Part shown: in pieces, positions 7,371 to 15,833 of the stretch | How positions within the stretch are numbered: position 1 is the stretch's first letter | Layout of the letters: every line of letters starts with the position of its first letter | Assembly: GCA_024398995.1 (NCBI GenBank) | Contig: JAKSIE010000009.1 | Coordinates: 1,539 to 65,538 of the forward strand | Reading direction: 5' to 3' | DNA length: 64,000 nt | DNA from: Fibrobacter sp. | GTDB taxonomy: Bacteria; Fibrobacterota; Fibrobacteria; Fibrobacterales; Fibrobacteraceae | Translations under genes and position numbers: made by a program | Notes under the pieces: model-generated | What the model saw: only the letters and a program-made list of their open reading frames with translations | Databases searched by the model: none | Told to the model about the DNA's origin: nothing

Positions 7371-9514
7371 CCGCATTTTTGAAAAAGTTCGCATTGATGA
7401 AAGTGACTTGCGCTTTGCTGGTTGCTTTCTTGCTGTTGACTTTCTGGGGGGTGCTTGGGCAGGCTGCTGCTGGTAACGAAGGCGTAGCTCTTGCAACAGA
7501 CCGTTTCTTTGGAAGTTATTTCTTGTGGGTCCTTGGGGTGATTCCGTTACCCGCTTTCAAGGGGATTGCCGTTGTGGCAGCGCTTCAGCTGATTGCTTCC
7601 ATGATGTTTCGCATGCCCAAGGTTTTCTCTCGTGGGTCATCGGGGAGGCTGGCCCCCTCGGGTTGGCGAAATCTGGGCCTCTTCGGGATGCACATTGCCC
7701 TGCTGGTTTTGATCGTCGGCAGTCTCGTGGGTAGTGAATTCCGCCAGGAGTACAACGGCTTTCGTGCGGTTCCTAATGAAACTCTCAGCGCGGTTCCTGA
7801 CGTTGGTGAACATTCGCAAGAGCAGACCTCGAAACCCATTACCTTTTACATCGTTGACGATAGTTTGAATACCTCAGCGGTGCAGGTGGGGGAGGGCTAT
7901 CCCTATTTTACGTTCTACAAGGGCCAGGTGGATATGTTCGGCATGAAGGTGGATCTTTATACCGCTACCTATGATCCCTTCAAATTTGTGCCGTACGCCT
8001 TCATGGTGATATTCATGTTGAGCATGATTTTTCATTATGTGGCCCAGGTGCGGTTTAACCGGAATGCCGCTAAGGCGACAAATCCGACAAAGATTGTTTC
8101 TGTGCTGTTATTTGCGACGTTAGGGCTAGCTTGCGTTCCTACAGCCCACGCAGATGTTTCTCCGCAGAACTTGATTCAGGTTGGTGAAAATTACCGTCTT
8201 TACGATTCTTTTGCCCGCGGCGTTTTGGATGATTTTTCTGGTCGTGTTACCTATAAATGCCAGTCGGCGGATTCCTGCCACGGTAAATTGCCTGCCTGGA
8301 AAGTGGTAGACGATATCAGAACGAATCTTGGGGCGGCTGGCGATTATCGCTTGTTTAAGGTTTTGCGTGCAGATGTGCAGCATGCTTTGGATATTCCGGA
8401 AAGCGATCGGTATGTAAGCTACAACCAGCTGAAAAAATTCCGCAGCGAACTTGAAATTTATGCAAGTCGTAAGGATGAGCTTCCGGCAACAGCAGAAATG
8501 CAGCGGTTGCTGAAGAATGTCCAGTTGTATGAGGCTATCCAGCAGGGTTCTTTTCCCGTGTCTGCGGAAGAACATCTCGAGGGTAAAATACAGGCGGAAC
8601 TTTTCTACAACCACACCAACTTTGCCTTAATCGCATTTATCTTGGCTTTCCTGGGTTGTGCTTTGGCGGCCATTAATTCCATTTTCAAAAAACGGGCTCT
8701 TGATGTGGCAGCGAACTCCATGGCTGCCGCGACGGCTGCCACCTTGGCTGCTGCCTTCGCCCTGCGTCTTTATATTACGGGCCGTCCGCCACTTTCTTGT
8801 CTTTACGAGATAGTGCTGTTGATTGCCTTGCTGTTAGAAAGTTTTGAATTTGGAGCTTTCATTTTCTGCAAGAAACGAACCTTCTCCTTGATTATCCCTG
8901 TTACGCTCTTGGCGGCAATTCTTCTTTACTTTGCAAAGTTCATTTTGGAGCCTGGGGATTTATTCCAGCCCATTCCTGCGGTGTTGAATTCTTCGGTGTT
9001 CCTTACGATTCATGTGTTCTCCATTGCACTTGGTTTTGCTGGCGTTATTTTGTCTGGAATTGTGGCTCACTTATATCTGTACCGCCTCAATCGAGATTCT
9101 TCTCTCGAGCCTCGAACCTCGAACCTCGCGCCTCTTCTTTTCGGCACCCTTGTTTTTGGTTCTGCCTTTACCATTTTGGGCACGTTGCTTGGGGGCGTCT
9201 GGGCGGATTTTGCCTGGGGGCGTTTTTGGGGTTTTGACCCTAAGGAATGCGGAGCCCTTTTCGTTTGCCTTTGGACGATGCTTGGTCTACACCTTCGCGG
9301 TGGGCGTCTCATCTCGCCAAAGGGTTTTGCTCTGTTCAACTGTTTCAATGTGATTATCACATTCCTTTGCTGGTTTGGAATTAACCTTTTGGGTGTGGGA
9401 CTCCACAGTTACGGATTCCAGAACGGAACTGTGCTGTGGCTCACGGCGTTCTGCCTTGTGGATGTTGTAATCATAGCCATGATTGCCAAATTCTGTCCAT
9501 CCGTGAATCGCTGA
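7367..9514 (+). CDS. ccsA: System II cytochrome c synthase, CcsB-CcsA fusion-like
   Basis: WWD-like motif WADFAWGRFWGFDPKE, TM His in LTIHV and GMHIA, C-terminal GINLLGVGLHSYG; GTG start overlaps upstream TGA. Confidence 0.85.
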   Translation: MTAFLKKFALMKVTCALLVAFLLLTFWGVLGQAAAGNEGVALATDRFFGSYFLWVLGVIPLPAFKGIAVVAALQLIASMMFRMPKVFSRGSSGRLAPSGWRNLGLFGMHIALLVLIVGSLVGSEFRQEYNGFRAVPNETLSAVPDVGEHSQEQTSKPITFYIVDDSLNTSAVQVGEGYPYFTFYKGQVDMFGMKVDLYTATYDPFKFVPYAFMVIFMLSMIFHYVAQVRFNRNAAKATNPTKIVSVLLFATLGLACVPTAHADVSPQNLIQVGENYRLYDSFARGVLDDFSGRVTYKCQSADSCHGKLPAWKVVDDIRTNLGAAGDYRLFKVLRADVQHALDIPESDRYVSYNQLKKFRSELEIYASRKDELPATAEMQRLLKNVQLYEAIQQGSFPVSAEEHLEGKIQAELFYNHTNFALIAFILAFLGCALAAINSIFKKRALDVAANSMAAATAATLAAAFALRLYITGRPPLSCLYEIVLLIALLLESFEFGAFIFCKKRTFSLIIPVTLLAAILLYFAKFILEPGDLFQPIPAVLNSSVFLTIHVFSIALGFAGVILSGIVAHLYLYRLNRDSSLEPRTSNLAPLLFGTLVFGSAFTILGTLLGGVWADFAWGRFWGFDPKECGALFVCLWTMLGLHLRGGRLISPKGFALFNCFNVIITFLCWFGINLLGVGLHSYGFQNGTVLWLTAFCLVDVVIIAMIAKFCPSVNR

Positions 9515-9533
9515 ATTTTCTAAATTTATCCCC

Positions 9534-10841
9534 ATGTTACAATGGGACACTTTGCTTTCTGCGACGCGTTACGGACACCCGGCCGATCCGGATCCGAACC
9601 GCTCTGATTTTCATCGCGATTACGACCGTATTGTTTTTTCTACTGCTTTCCGCCGCCTTGGCCGCAAGACCCAGGTTCATCCTTTCTCTGTGAACGACCA
9701 TGTACACAGCCGCTTGACCCACAGTTTGGAAGTCAGTAGCGTTGGCCGTAGCCTTGCCATTACGGTTTATCACTTGATCAAGAAGTATTTGCCCAAGTAT
9801 GTGAACGAATACCAGTTTGGTACCATCGTTCAGTCCGCTTGTTTGGCCCACGATATTGGTAACCCGCCTTTTGGTCACGCTGGTGAAGCCGCCATTCGCG
9901 AATGGTTCCGCAAGAACCATAATTCTCCTGCCTTGCGCGATTTGAAGCCCGAAGAAATTGCGGACTTTGAAAACTTTGACGGTAACGCCCAGGGCCACCG
10001 CATTTTGAGCAAGTTGGAATACCATTTCCTGGATGGTGGAATGCGATTGACTTACGCAACCATTGGTTCCATGATTAAGTATCCGCAGCTGGCAAAGTTC
10101 GGGACTCCTACCAGCCTTTTCTCCACCGAAGCGGATCTTTACAGAATGACCGCCTACACCTTGGGTATTCCTGAACTGGAAACCGGCAAGTGGGTCCGTC
10201 ATCCTCTGGTTTACCTGATGGAAGCTGCCGACGATATTTGCTACAGCATTTTGGATGTGGAAGACGCCATCGAGCTTGGCATTCTTTCCTTCGGCGATGT
10301 CCGTGGCATGTTCAGCTATTTGTGTGGCCCTGAAGTGGATATCGACCGTGAGTACCAGGAAAACGGTCAGAACTTCCGCGACTTCCTCAGCAGTATTCGT
10401 GGCCTTGCCATTCAGAACCTCATTGACGACGTTGCCGTCACCTTTGTAAATCATTACGACGAAATTATGGCAGGCGCTCCCATCAAGCATCTTGTGGATC
10501 TTTCCCGCTCTGAAGTAATGGAAGGTATCCGCATTGCAAAGCGCCTCGGGGTAGAACGTATTTATCCGGACCGCCGCAAGACCGAACTTGAAGTGGGTAG
10601 CTACACCACGTTAAGCACTGTTCTGGATGCGTTCATTAACGGCGTTTACGATTTCCGTTTGAACGGCAAGAATTCTTACCGCGCCGACCGCATTGTCCGT
10701 CTCATTGGTCAGGCCAAAATCGGCCAGAGCGTTACCGCCGCCGAAGCCTACCACCAGGTGCTGGACTTTGTCAGCGGCATGACCGATAACTATGCCACTT
10801 ATTTGGCCCGTCAGATTGGCGGCCTTGCCATGGGTTACTAA
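9534..10841 (+). CDS. dgt: dGTP triphosphohydrolase
   Basis: RDYDRIVFSTAFRRLGRKTQV, RLTHSLEV, AHDIGNPPFGHAGE, EAADDICY, DFVSGMTDNYA. Confidence 0.95.
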   Translation: MLQWDTLLSATRYGHPADPDPNRSDFHRDYDRIVFSTAFRRLGRKTQVHPFSVNDHVHSRLTHSLEVSSVGRSLAITVYHLIKKYLPKYVNEYQFGTIVQSACLAHDIGNPPFGHAGEAAIREWFRKNHNSPALRDLKPEEIADFENFDGNAQGHRILSKLEYHFLDGGMRLTYATIGSMIKYPQLAKFGTPTSLFSTEADLYRMTAYTLGIPELETGKWVRHPLVYLMEAADDICYSILDVEDAIELGILSFGDVRGMFSYLCGPEVDIDREYQENGQNFRDFLSSIRGLAIQNLIDDVAVTFVNHYDEIMAGAPIKHLVDLSRSEVMEGIRIAKRLGVERIYPDRRKTELEVGSYTTLSTVLDAFINGVYDFRLNGKNSYRADRIVRLIGQAKIGQSVTAAEAYHQVLDFVSGMTDNYATYLARQIGGLAMGY

Positions 10842-10862
10842 CGGAGCTGTAGAGTCGCGACG

Positions 10863-11540
10863 ATGATCTGGCTGTTTGATTACGATCTGACGTTGTATGG
10901 GGCCGATGAACATTGTGTCATCGACTCTCTGGACGAACGTATTTCTCAGACTGTGCAGAATGCTACCGGCGTGGATATGGAAACTGCCCATAAAATCCGC
11001 AAGGATTATTTGTTGCGCTTTGGAACGACTCTGGCTGGCCTTCAGGCTATGCATGGTGTAAAACCCGATGACTTTTTTGACTTTATCCATCAGCCGGAGT
11101 TTCTGACGTATCCCAAGCCTTCGCCGGAAAAACGCGACTTGATTAAGTCTCTACCGGGGCACCGCTATGTGTTTACCAATGGCCGCCGTGATTGGAGCGA
11201 AGCGGGCATGGAACACATGGGTATTCGTGACTGCTTCGAAGATGTCTTTGATTTAAAGCAGATGGATTGGGTGGGCAAGCCCCACAACAGCGCCTACGAA
11301 AAGGTGGAAAAGTGGCTGGCTCAAAAATTGCAGGTCGACGCGCTTGCGTCACAGACGTACGCTGACCCGTCACAGGTTATCCTGCTGGATGATTCTGTTC
11401 GCAATTTGGAACCTGCGCACCGCCGCGGTTGGAAAACTGTGTTGGTAAATCCTGTTCCCGATGTGCCTGACTGGGTGGACTTCTACATTCCTGACTTGAT
11501 GCAACTTTCTACGATTTTGCCTGAACTTTTAAAACAGTAA
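10863..11540 (+). CDS. HAD-superfamily pyrimidine 5'-nucleotidase-like hydrolase
   Basis: WLFDYDLTLY motif I, FGTTLAGL, FTNG, GKP, LLDDSVRNL. Confidence 0.85.
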   Translation: MIWLFDYDLTLYGADEHCVIDSLDERISQTVQNATGVDMETAHKIRKDYLLRFGTTLAGLQAMHGVKPDDFFDFIHQPEFLTYPKPSPEKRDLIKSLPGHRYVFTNGRRDWSEAGMEHMGIRDCFEDVFDLKQMDWVGKPHNSAYEKVEKWLAQKLQVDALASQTYADPSQVILLDDSVRNLEPAHRRGWKTVLVNPVPDVPDWVDFYIPDLMQLSTILPELLKQ

Positions 11541-11561
11541 CCTTTTTCTTGCGACGAATAC

Positions 11562-12368
11562 ATGTTTGATCTTTTTTCCATGAGTTTTATGCAGAACGCC
11601 CTGGTGGCCGCCGTGTTGGTGGCTGTGGCTTGTGGCGTCATGGGAACTTTTGTGGTGGTGAACCGCATGACTTCTTTATCGGGTGGTGTGGCTCACGCAT
11701 CCTTCGGTGGCGTGGGCTTGGCAGCATTCCTGGGATTTTCTCCTATGCTGGGCTCCCTTGGATTTGCAGTTGCCTGTGCCATGCTGATGGGCGTGCTGAC
11801 CTGGCGCGATCGCAAGAACTCCGATACTTTCATCGGTATTATCTGGGCGGGCGGTATGGCCTTGGGCGTGATTCTTACGGACTTGACGCCAGGTTATAGC
11901 GGCGAGATGATGAGCTTTTTGTTCGGTAGTCTTTTGACGGTGCCCACGGAACTTTTGTGGTGGATGGGTGCGCTCCTGGTTTTGATTCTTGGGGCTGTGG
12001 TGCTGAACTACCGTAAGTTCTTGGCTATTTCCTTTGATCCAGAATTTGCCCGAGTGCAGGGCATGCCTGTGCTTGCCTACTACATGTTTCTTATTGCTTT
12101 GATTGCTCTGACCGTGGTGATTGCGGTGCAGGCCGTAGGTATGATTCTTGTGATTGCCCTCTTGACCATTCCTGGTTACATTGCCGAGAACTACGCCAAG
12201 AATTTGACCCAGATGATTTTTATTTCTGTAGGCGTTTCCCTGGTTCTTGTTTTGACTGGTCTCCTGTTGGCTTGCCAGTTGAACTTTGTGGTGGGTCCCA
12301 CCATTATTGCCTGCGGAGTCCTACTTTACTTGGCGAACTTTGCTGTAAAGAAAATCCGCCGCGCTTAA
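11562..12368 (+). CDS. Zn/Mn ABC transporter permease (ZnuB-like)
   Basis: FMQNALVAA, GVAHASFGG, SFLFGSLL, ISFDPEFARVQG, AVGMILVIALLTIP. Confidence 0.9.
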   Translation: MFDLFSMSFMQNALVAAVLVAVACGVMGTFVVVNRMTSLSGGVAHASFGGVGLAAFLGFSPMLGSLGFAVACAMLMGVLTWRDRKNSDTFIGIIWAGGMALGVILTDLTPGYSGEMMSFLFGSLLTVPTELLWWMGALLVLILGAVVLNYRKFLAISFDPEFARVQGMPVLAYYMFLIALIALTVVIAVQAVGMILVIALLTIPGYIAENYAKNLTQMIFISVGVSLVLVLTGLLLACQLNFVVGPTIIACGVLLYLANFAVKKIRRA

Positions 12369-12383
12369 ATTTTGAAGGTTATT

Positions 12384-13502
12384 ATGAAGAAGAAAAGACT
12401 GTTTGTCGCATTGTTCATTGTTCATTGTTCATTGTTCTTTGCTGCCGCATTTGCCATGCCCGAGGCTGCTACCCGTAACAGCTTTAACAACATGACGGTG
12501 ACCACGGAGTATTCTGAACTGATGCAAGAAAAGAATGCCCGTAACGATTCCCTGTTGCCAGCCTTGGATGGCGATAAGGCCTTTGAAGAAGTGCTTCGCA
12601 TGAATCCCAACTTCTGGAGCCTTGGCGGCGTCATGAAAAAGGACGAATCCCTGGTGACGAAACTGAACGCCAAGATTGTCTTTGTGGACGGTATCCGTGA
12701 AGAACCCTTCTGCGATTTGGACAAAAAGGGAAGTAACGCTGGCGAATGGAATGTACGTATCGGCGTAGACTTTGTGTCTGCGGCCTCCAACACCGTGCAT
12801 ATCCACGTGCAGCAGTGCCTGGACTACATCCGCGACCAGATGGGTTTTGCTGTGAAGAAGGGCGACAAGGTGGTGTTCATTCCGCCTAAGAAAGTGCTGG
12901 ATAAAATTGCCGAAAGCGAAATTCCTGACGCCATTGATGTGGACTTGCAGCAAACTCTGCTGAAGGCTCACGAAGATGTAAATCTGACTGGCAAATGCCC
13001 CAAGGACATCGAGGCCTACATCATCTTGATGAATGTGTACAACCAGGTGAAGGGCCTCAAGATGGACTACGTGGTGATCAATGACCAACTGAATAAGCAA
13101 CGCAACGGTGGTGGCCGTATTCAGTCCTGTTCCTTTAGCCGTGAATGGAACAAAAAATATCAGGAAAGCGCAAGCTTTGAATGCGATATTGACCACGACG
13201 AATGTCTTTACCGCCAGGAAAACGATGGGGATTCCCGCTGGGCTATCAACTACGAGGCGGACCGTTTCGAATACATCAACAAGAAGTTCCTGTTCTTCAA
13301 TTTGAATCCCAAGAGCATCCACAAGGGCGGGACCATGCTGGACCTTCGTTTGATCCGACTTTCCTCCTCCCTTTACCTGGAAGCTTACCTGGATATGAAG
13401 GGTGAACCGGTGACCCTTGGCCTTGTCATTGTTCCTGGTGAAAAGTCCATCGACGACTACAAGGACGGCGATGACGAGGAAGAGGGCGTTATGTTTGAAT
13501 AG
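12384..13502 (+). CDS. Hypothetical secreted protein
   Basis: Long ORF with host-like codon usage and signal peptide MKKKRLFVALF...AAAFA; no family recognised. Confidence 0.8.
   Translation: MKKKRLFVALFIVHCSLFFAAAFAMPEAATRNSFNNMTVTTEYSELMQEKNARNDSLLPALDGDKAFEEVLRMNPNFWSLGGVMKKDESLVTKLNAKIVFVDGIREEPFCDLDKKGSNAGEWNVRIGVDFVSAASNTVHIHVQQCLDYIRDQMGFAVKKGDKVVFIPPKKVLDKIAESEIPDAIDVDLQQTLLKAHEDVNLTGKCPKDIEAYIILMNVYNQVKGLKMDYVVINDQLNKQRNGGGRIQSCSFSREWNKKYQESASFECDIDHDECLYRQENDGDSRWAINYEADRFEYINKKFLFFNLNPKSIHKGGTMLDLRLIRLSSSLYLEAYLDMKGEPVTLGLVIVPGEKSIDDYKDGDDEEEGVMFE
12409..12436 (+). repeat. (CATTGTT)4 heptamer tandem repeat in signal-peptide coding sequence
   Basis: Four perfect CATTGTT units, read directly. 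Confidence 0.9.
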
Positions 13503-13564
13503 GCGACTTGACCGTCGGGACCACATAATTTATATTAAGAAGGTATTAAGTTAAGGAGAACTTT

Positions 13565-14377
13565 ATGAAGCGTTTTATCAAGGCATCTCTGTTGGCGGCC
13601 ATGGTTGCCACTCCTGTTATGGCTGACGAAGTTTTCGGCGGCATTGGTGTTACCATTTATCAGTTGCGTAACGGTGTTAAGGTTGCCGAAGTTATCCCCG
13701 GTACTCCCGCTGCAGATTCCAAGCTCCAGGCCGGTGACGTGATTATCGCTGTGGATGGCCAGAGCCTCGCTCGCCAGAGCATTGAAGATTCCAAGGACAT
13801 GCTCCGTGGCCAGGTGAACAAGCCTCTTGAAATTACCTTCGTTAGCGGTGCCGACACTTTGACCAGTGTTATCCGTCGTGCCCAGCTTACCGTCAAGGAT
13901 CTTGAAGGTAACAAGGTGGAAGCATGGTATGGTGACAAGTCTGAATTCGAAGCCGCAGAACTTGAAACATACGCTAGCGCAACCGAAGACAGCAAGCAGC
14001 TGGTGGCTGTGCTCCAGCGCGGTACCCTCCTGAAGAAGGAAGGCTCCGTAAGCGCTAAGGACCTTAACGGTGTCTATGTGGATCGTGCCGAAGAATTTGC
14101 TCCCAAGCCTGTTGCTCAGGGCGTTGCCAAGGCAAGCTCCGCAAACCTCAAGGGAATTTCCCGCAAGGCCATCGGCGTTAATCTTACTTCCGCAGGTTCC
14201 GCTGTTGTTACCATCATGAATGCTGATGGCGAACAGGTTGCCAGCGTCCGTCTGGACAATGGTCAGCCCGGTTTCAACACCTTGAACTGGAATGGCGAAA
14301 ATGTTCCTGCTGGCCGCTATATGGTGACCATTGAACACAACGGTTCTGTTAGCGGTAAGAGCGCTATCATCAAGTAG
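13565..14377 (+). CDS. Secreted PDZ-domain protein with C-terminal FlgD/T9SS-CTD-like domain
   Basis: FGGIGV...VAEVIPGTPAADSKLQAGDVIIAVDG PDZ signature; C-terminus LNWNGENVPAGRYMVTI; AAGGAG RBS. Confidence 0.85.
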   Translation: MKRFIKASLLAAMVATPVMADEVFGGIGVTIYQLRNGVKVAEVIPGTPAADSKLQAGDVIIAVDGQSLARQSIEDSKDMLRGQVNKPLEITFVSGADTLTSVIRRAQLTVKDLEGNKVEAWYGDKSEFEAAELETYASATEDSKQLVAVLQRGTLLKKEGSVSAKDLNGVYVDRAEEFAPKPVAQGVAKASSANLKGISRKAIGVNLTSAGSAVVTIMNADGEQVASVRLDNGQPGFNTLNWNGENVPAGRYMVTIEHNGSVSGKSAIIK

Positions 14378-14388
14378 CTCTTACGACA

Positions 14389-14417
14389 TGTCATCCCCGC
14401 GAAGGCGGGGATCTCCC
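14389..14417 (+). repeat. TGTCATCCC-type palindromic (REP-like) element
   Basis: TGTCATCCCCGC-GAAG-GCGGGGATCTCCC. Confidence 0.75.
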
Positions 14418-14418
14418 T

Positions 14419-14448
14419 CCCGGCCCTGCAAAGGTCGGGCTTTTTTTT
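14419..14448 (+). terminator. Intrinsic terminator after the PDZ gene
   Basis: CCCGGCC-CTGCAAA-GGTCGGG then C and T8. Confidence 0.7.
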
Positions 14449-14477
14449 GACAAATCTTATCGAACATGCGATATAAT
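14447..14477 (+). promoter_or_regulatory. Sigma70-like promoter with 19-bp spacer
   Basis: Perfect TTGACA (14447-14452) and TATAAT (14472-14477), 19 nt apart, upstream of AGGAGG-N4-ATG. Confidence 0.5.
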
Positions 14478-14506
14478 GCCAGAGTGTTCATTCCCTAGGA
14501 GGATTT

Positions 14507-14721
14507 ATGTACATGAACGTTTTTGGTGTTATGGGCCATCGCTGGATTTCTGAATATGCGTTGACTTCAGTTTCGACGTGACCGGCGACGTGCACACGTA
14601 CTTCATCAACCGCTTCTTTGAAGACTGCCGTTTGCGTCACCGCAATCCCGAGGATGCTGAAAAACGCAGCATCCTTGTGTCGGAGCTTGACCTCAAGAAG
14701 ATGCGTCAGGATTTCCATTAG
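14507..14721 (+). pseudogene. Frameshifted small gene (~71 aa if repaired)
   Basis: Strong RBS and ATG 14507; frame closes at 14581 while the -1 frame reads VDFSFDVTGDVHTYFINRFFEDCRLRHRNPEDAEKRSILVSELDLKKMRQDFH to TAG 14721 with host-like codons. Confidence 0.6.
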
Positions 14722-14808
14722 GTTGCATATTGAAGAGGCTAATGGCGACCAACTTGAAAAGAACTGCGAAAATTACTATATATGCGAAACCGCCCGAAAG
14801 GGAGAAGG

Positions 14809-14882
14809 GCTCGAGTAGCTCAGTTGGATAGAGCATCTGCCTTCTAAGCAGAGGGTCGTGGGTTCGAATCCCGCCTCGAGTA
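14809..14882 (+). tRNA. tRNA-Arg (anticodon TCT), CCA not encoded
   Basis: Cloverleaf: acceptor GCTCGAG/CTCGAGT, D arm GCTC-AGTTGGATA-GAGC, anticodon arm TCTGC-CTTCTAA-GCAGA, T arm GTGGG-TTCGAAT-CCCGC. Confidence 0.97.
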
Positions 14883-14884
14883 TG

Positions 14885-14926
14885 AAAAACAAAAAGACAC
14901 GCCGTTTTGGCGTGTCTTTTGTTTTT
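14885..14926 (+). terminator. Terminator hairpin after the tRNA
   Basis: AAAAACAAAAAGACACGCC-GTTTT-GGCGTGTCTTTTGTTTTT long inverted repeat. Confidence 0.75.
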
Positions 14927-14934
14927 AAAGCTTA

Positions 14935-15080
14935 AGGGGATGTCGAACCCAACGCAGTGGGTTCGATTGTTGCGATGGCGAGTGTCGCGGGTAAGCTCGC
15001 TTACCCATGACCGAGCGTGAGCAACAGCTGCGAAGCAGCATCCCGCCGACAAAGGCGAAGCTCTGTGGAATCCCGCCCCT
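14935..15080. repeat. Structured tRNA-linked repeat-like element containing a split copy of the tRNA T-arm
   Basis: GTGGGTTCGA (14957-14966) and GAATCCCGCC (15068-15077) match the tRNA; several nested hairpins lie between them. Confidence 0.55.
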
Positions 15081-15094
15081 CTCATGCCCCACAC

Positions 15095-15122
15095 AAAAAA
15101 GCCACCCCAAAGGGCGGCTTTC
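15095..15122 (-). terminator. Terminator of the thioredoxin-like gene
   Basis: AAAAAA-GCCACCC-CAAA-GGGCGGC-TTT hairpin, A-tract on the + strand. Confidence 0.6.
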
Positions 15123-15142
15123 AGATTCGTTTTTAAAGTTTT

Positions 15143-15691
15143 TTACTTCTTGAACATCTTGTCCAACGTAGCCTTGAGATGGTTCAGGTTTGCGTCGTTC
15201 AGCGTCTCGTAGCGGTAGAATGTTCCGTCGGGGTTCACCAGGTAGACCACCGGAATGTAGCCTGTACCGTAGGCAGAACCGAACTTGGTTTCGGAATCCT
15301 GGAACACGGGGATAGAAACGTGGAACTGGTCGATGAACAGACGGATGTCGTTCTTCTTGATGCCGCCGCCCAGACCGATGGCGATGCCTGCGAGACCTGC
15401 AGGTTCATACATCTTCATCATGTCCTGGATGCCGCTGATGTGGCGCTGGCAGTGGGGGCACTTGGGGCTGAAATAGTAAATCATCAGCGGGCGCTTGCTG
15501 AAGTGGCTGAACAGAATTCCCGGATCGCTAATGCCTGTGAGAGGCTTGGAAAAATCCATCTTCATAGGCTGATTGGTGGAGGCATCCTGCATCAGTTGAA
15601 CGTCGGCCACTTGGGGCTGCGGTGCCAACTGTGCGAAAGACATGCCTGCGACTAAAGAAACGATACTCAATAACTTTACTGCAATACGCAT
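15143..15691 (-). CDS. Periplasmic TlpA/ResA-like thioredoxin-fold protein
   Basis: Signal peptide, FSPKCPHC CxxC motif, cis-Pro region GYIPVVYLVNPDG. Confidence 0.85.
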   Translation of the reverse strand: MRIAVKLLSIVSLVAGMSFAQLAPQPQVADVQLMQDASTNQPMKMDFSKPLTGISDPGILFSHFSKRPLMIYYFSPKCPHCQRHISGIQDMMKMYEPAGLAGIAIGLGGGIKKNDIRLFIDQFHVSIPVFQDSETKFGSAYGTGYIPVVYLVNPDGTFYRYETLNDANLNHLKATLDKMFKK

Positions 15692-15833
15692 AGGGATGAT
15701 AAAACTCCTGTAAGTACGTGCTTAAAATACGAAAAAATAAGCCTATTGTGGTCGAAAAACGTCAAGAAATGAAAAAAAAGGCCTGTAGTTTGACAAATTT
15801 CACGTTTTTACCGATAACGTAAACGAGGTTGAA

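Noticed and set aside
9534-11540. dGTPase plus nucleotidase as a nucleotide-depletion defence system
   Set aside because: Host-like codon usage and housekeeping context; ordinary nucleotide metabolism is more parsimonious.
12429-14338. Long minus-strand ORFs (365 aa, 267 aa)
   Set aside because: Antisense to plus-strand genes with signal peptides and recognisable domains; the same applies to 9537-10490, 53462-54451 and 60359-61282.
14488-15110. Short ORFs overlapping the tRNA and its downstream element
   Set aside because: They overlap a clear tRNA, terminator and the better-supported frameshifted gene.
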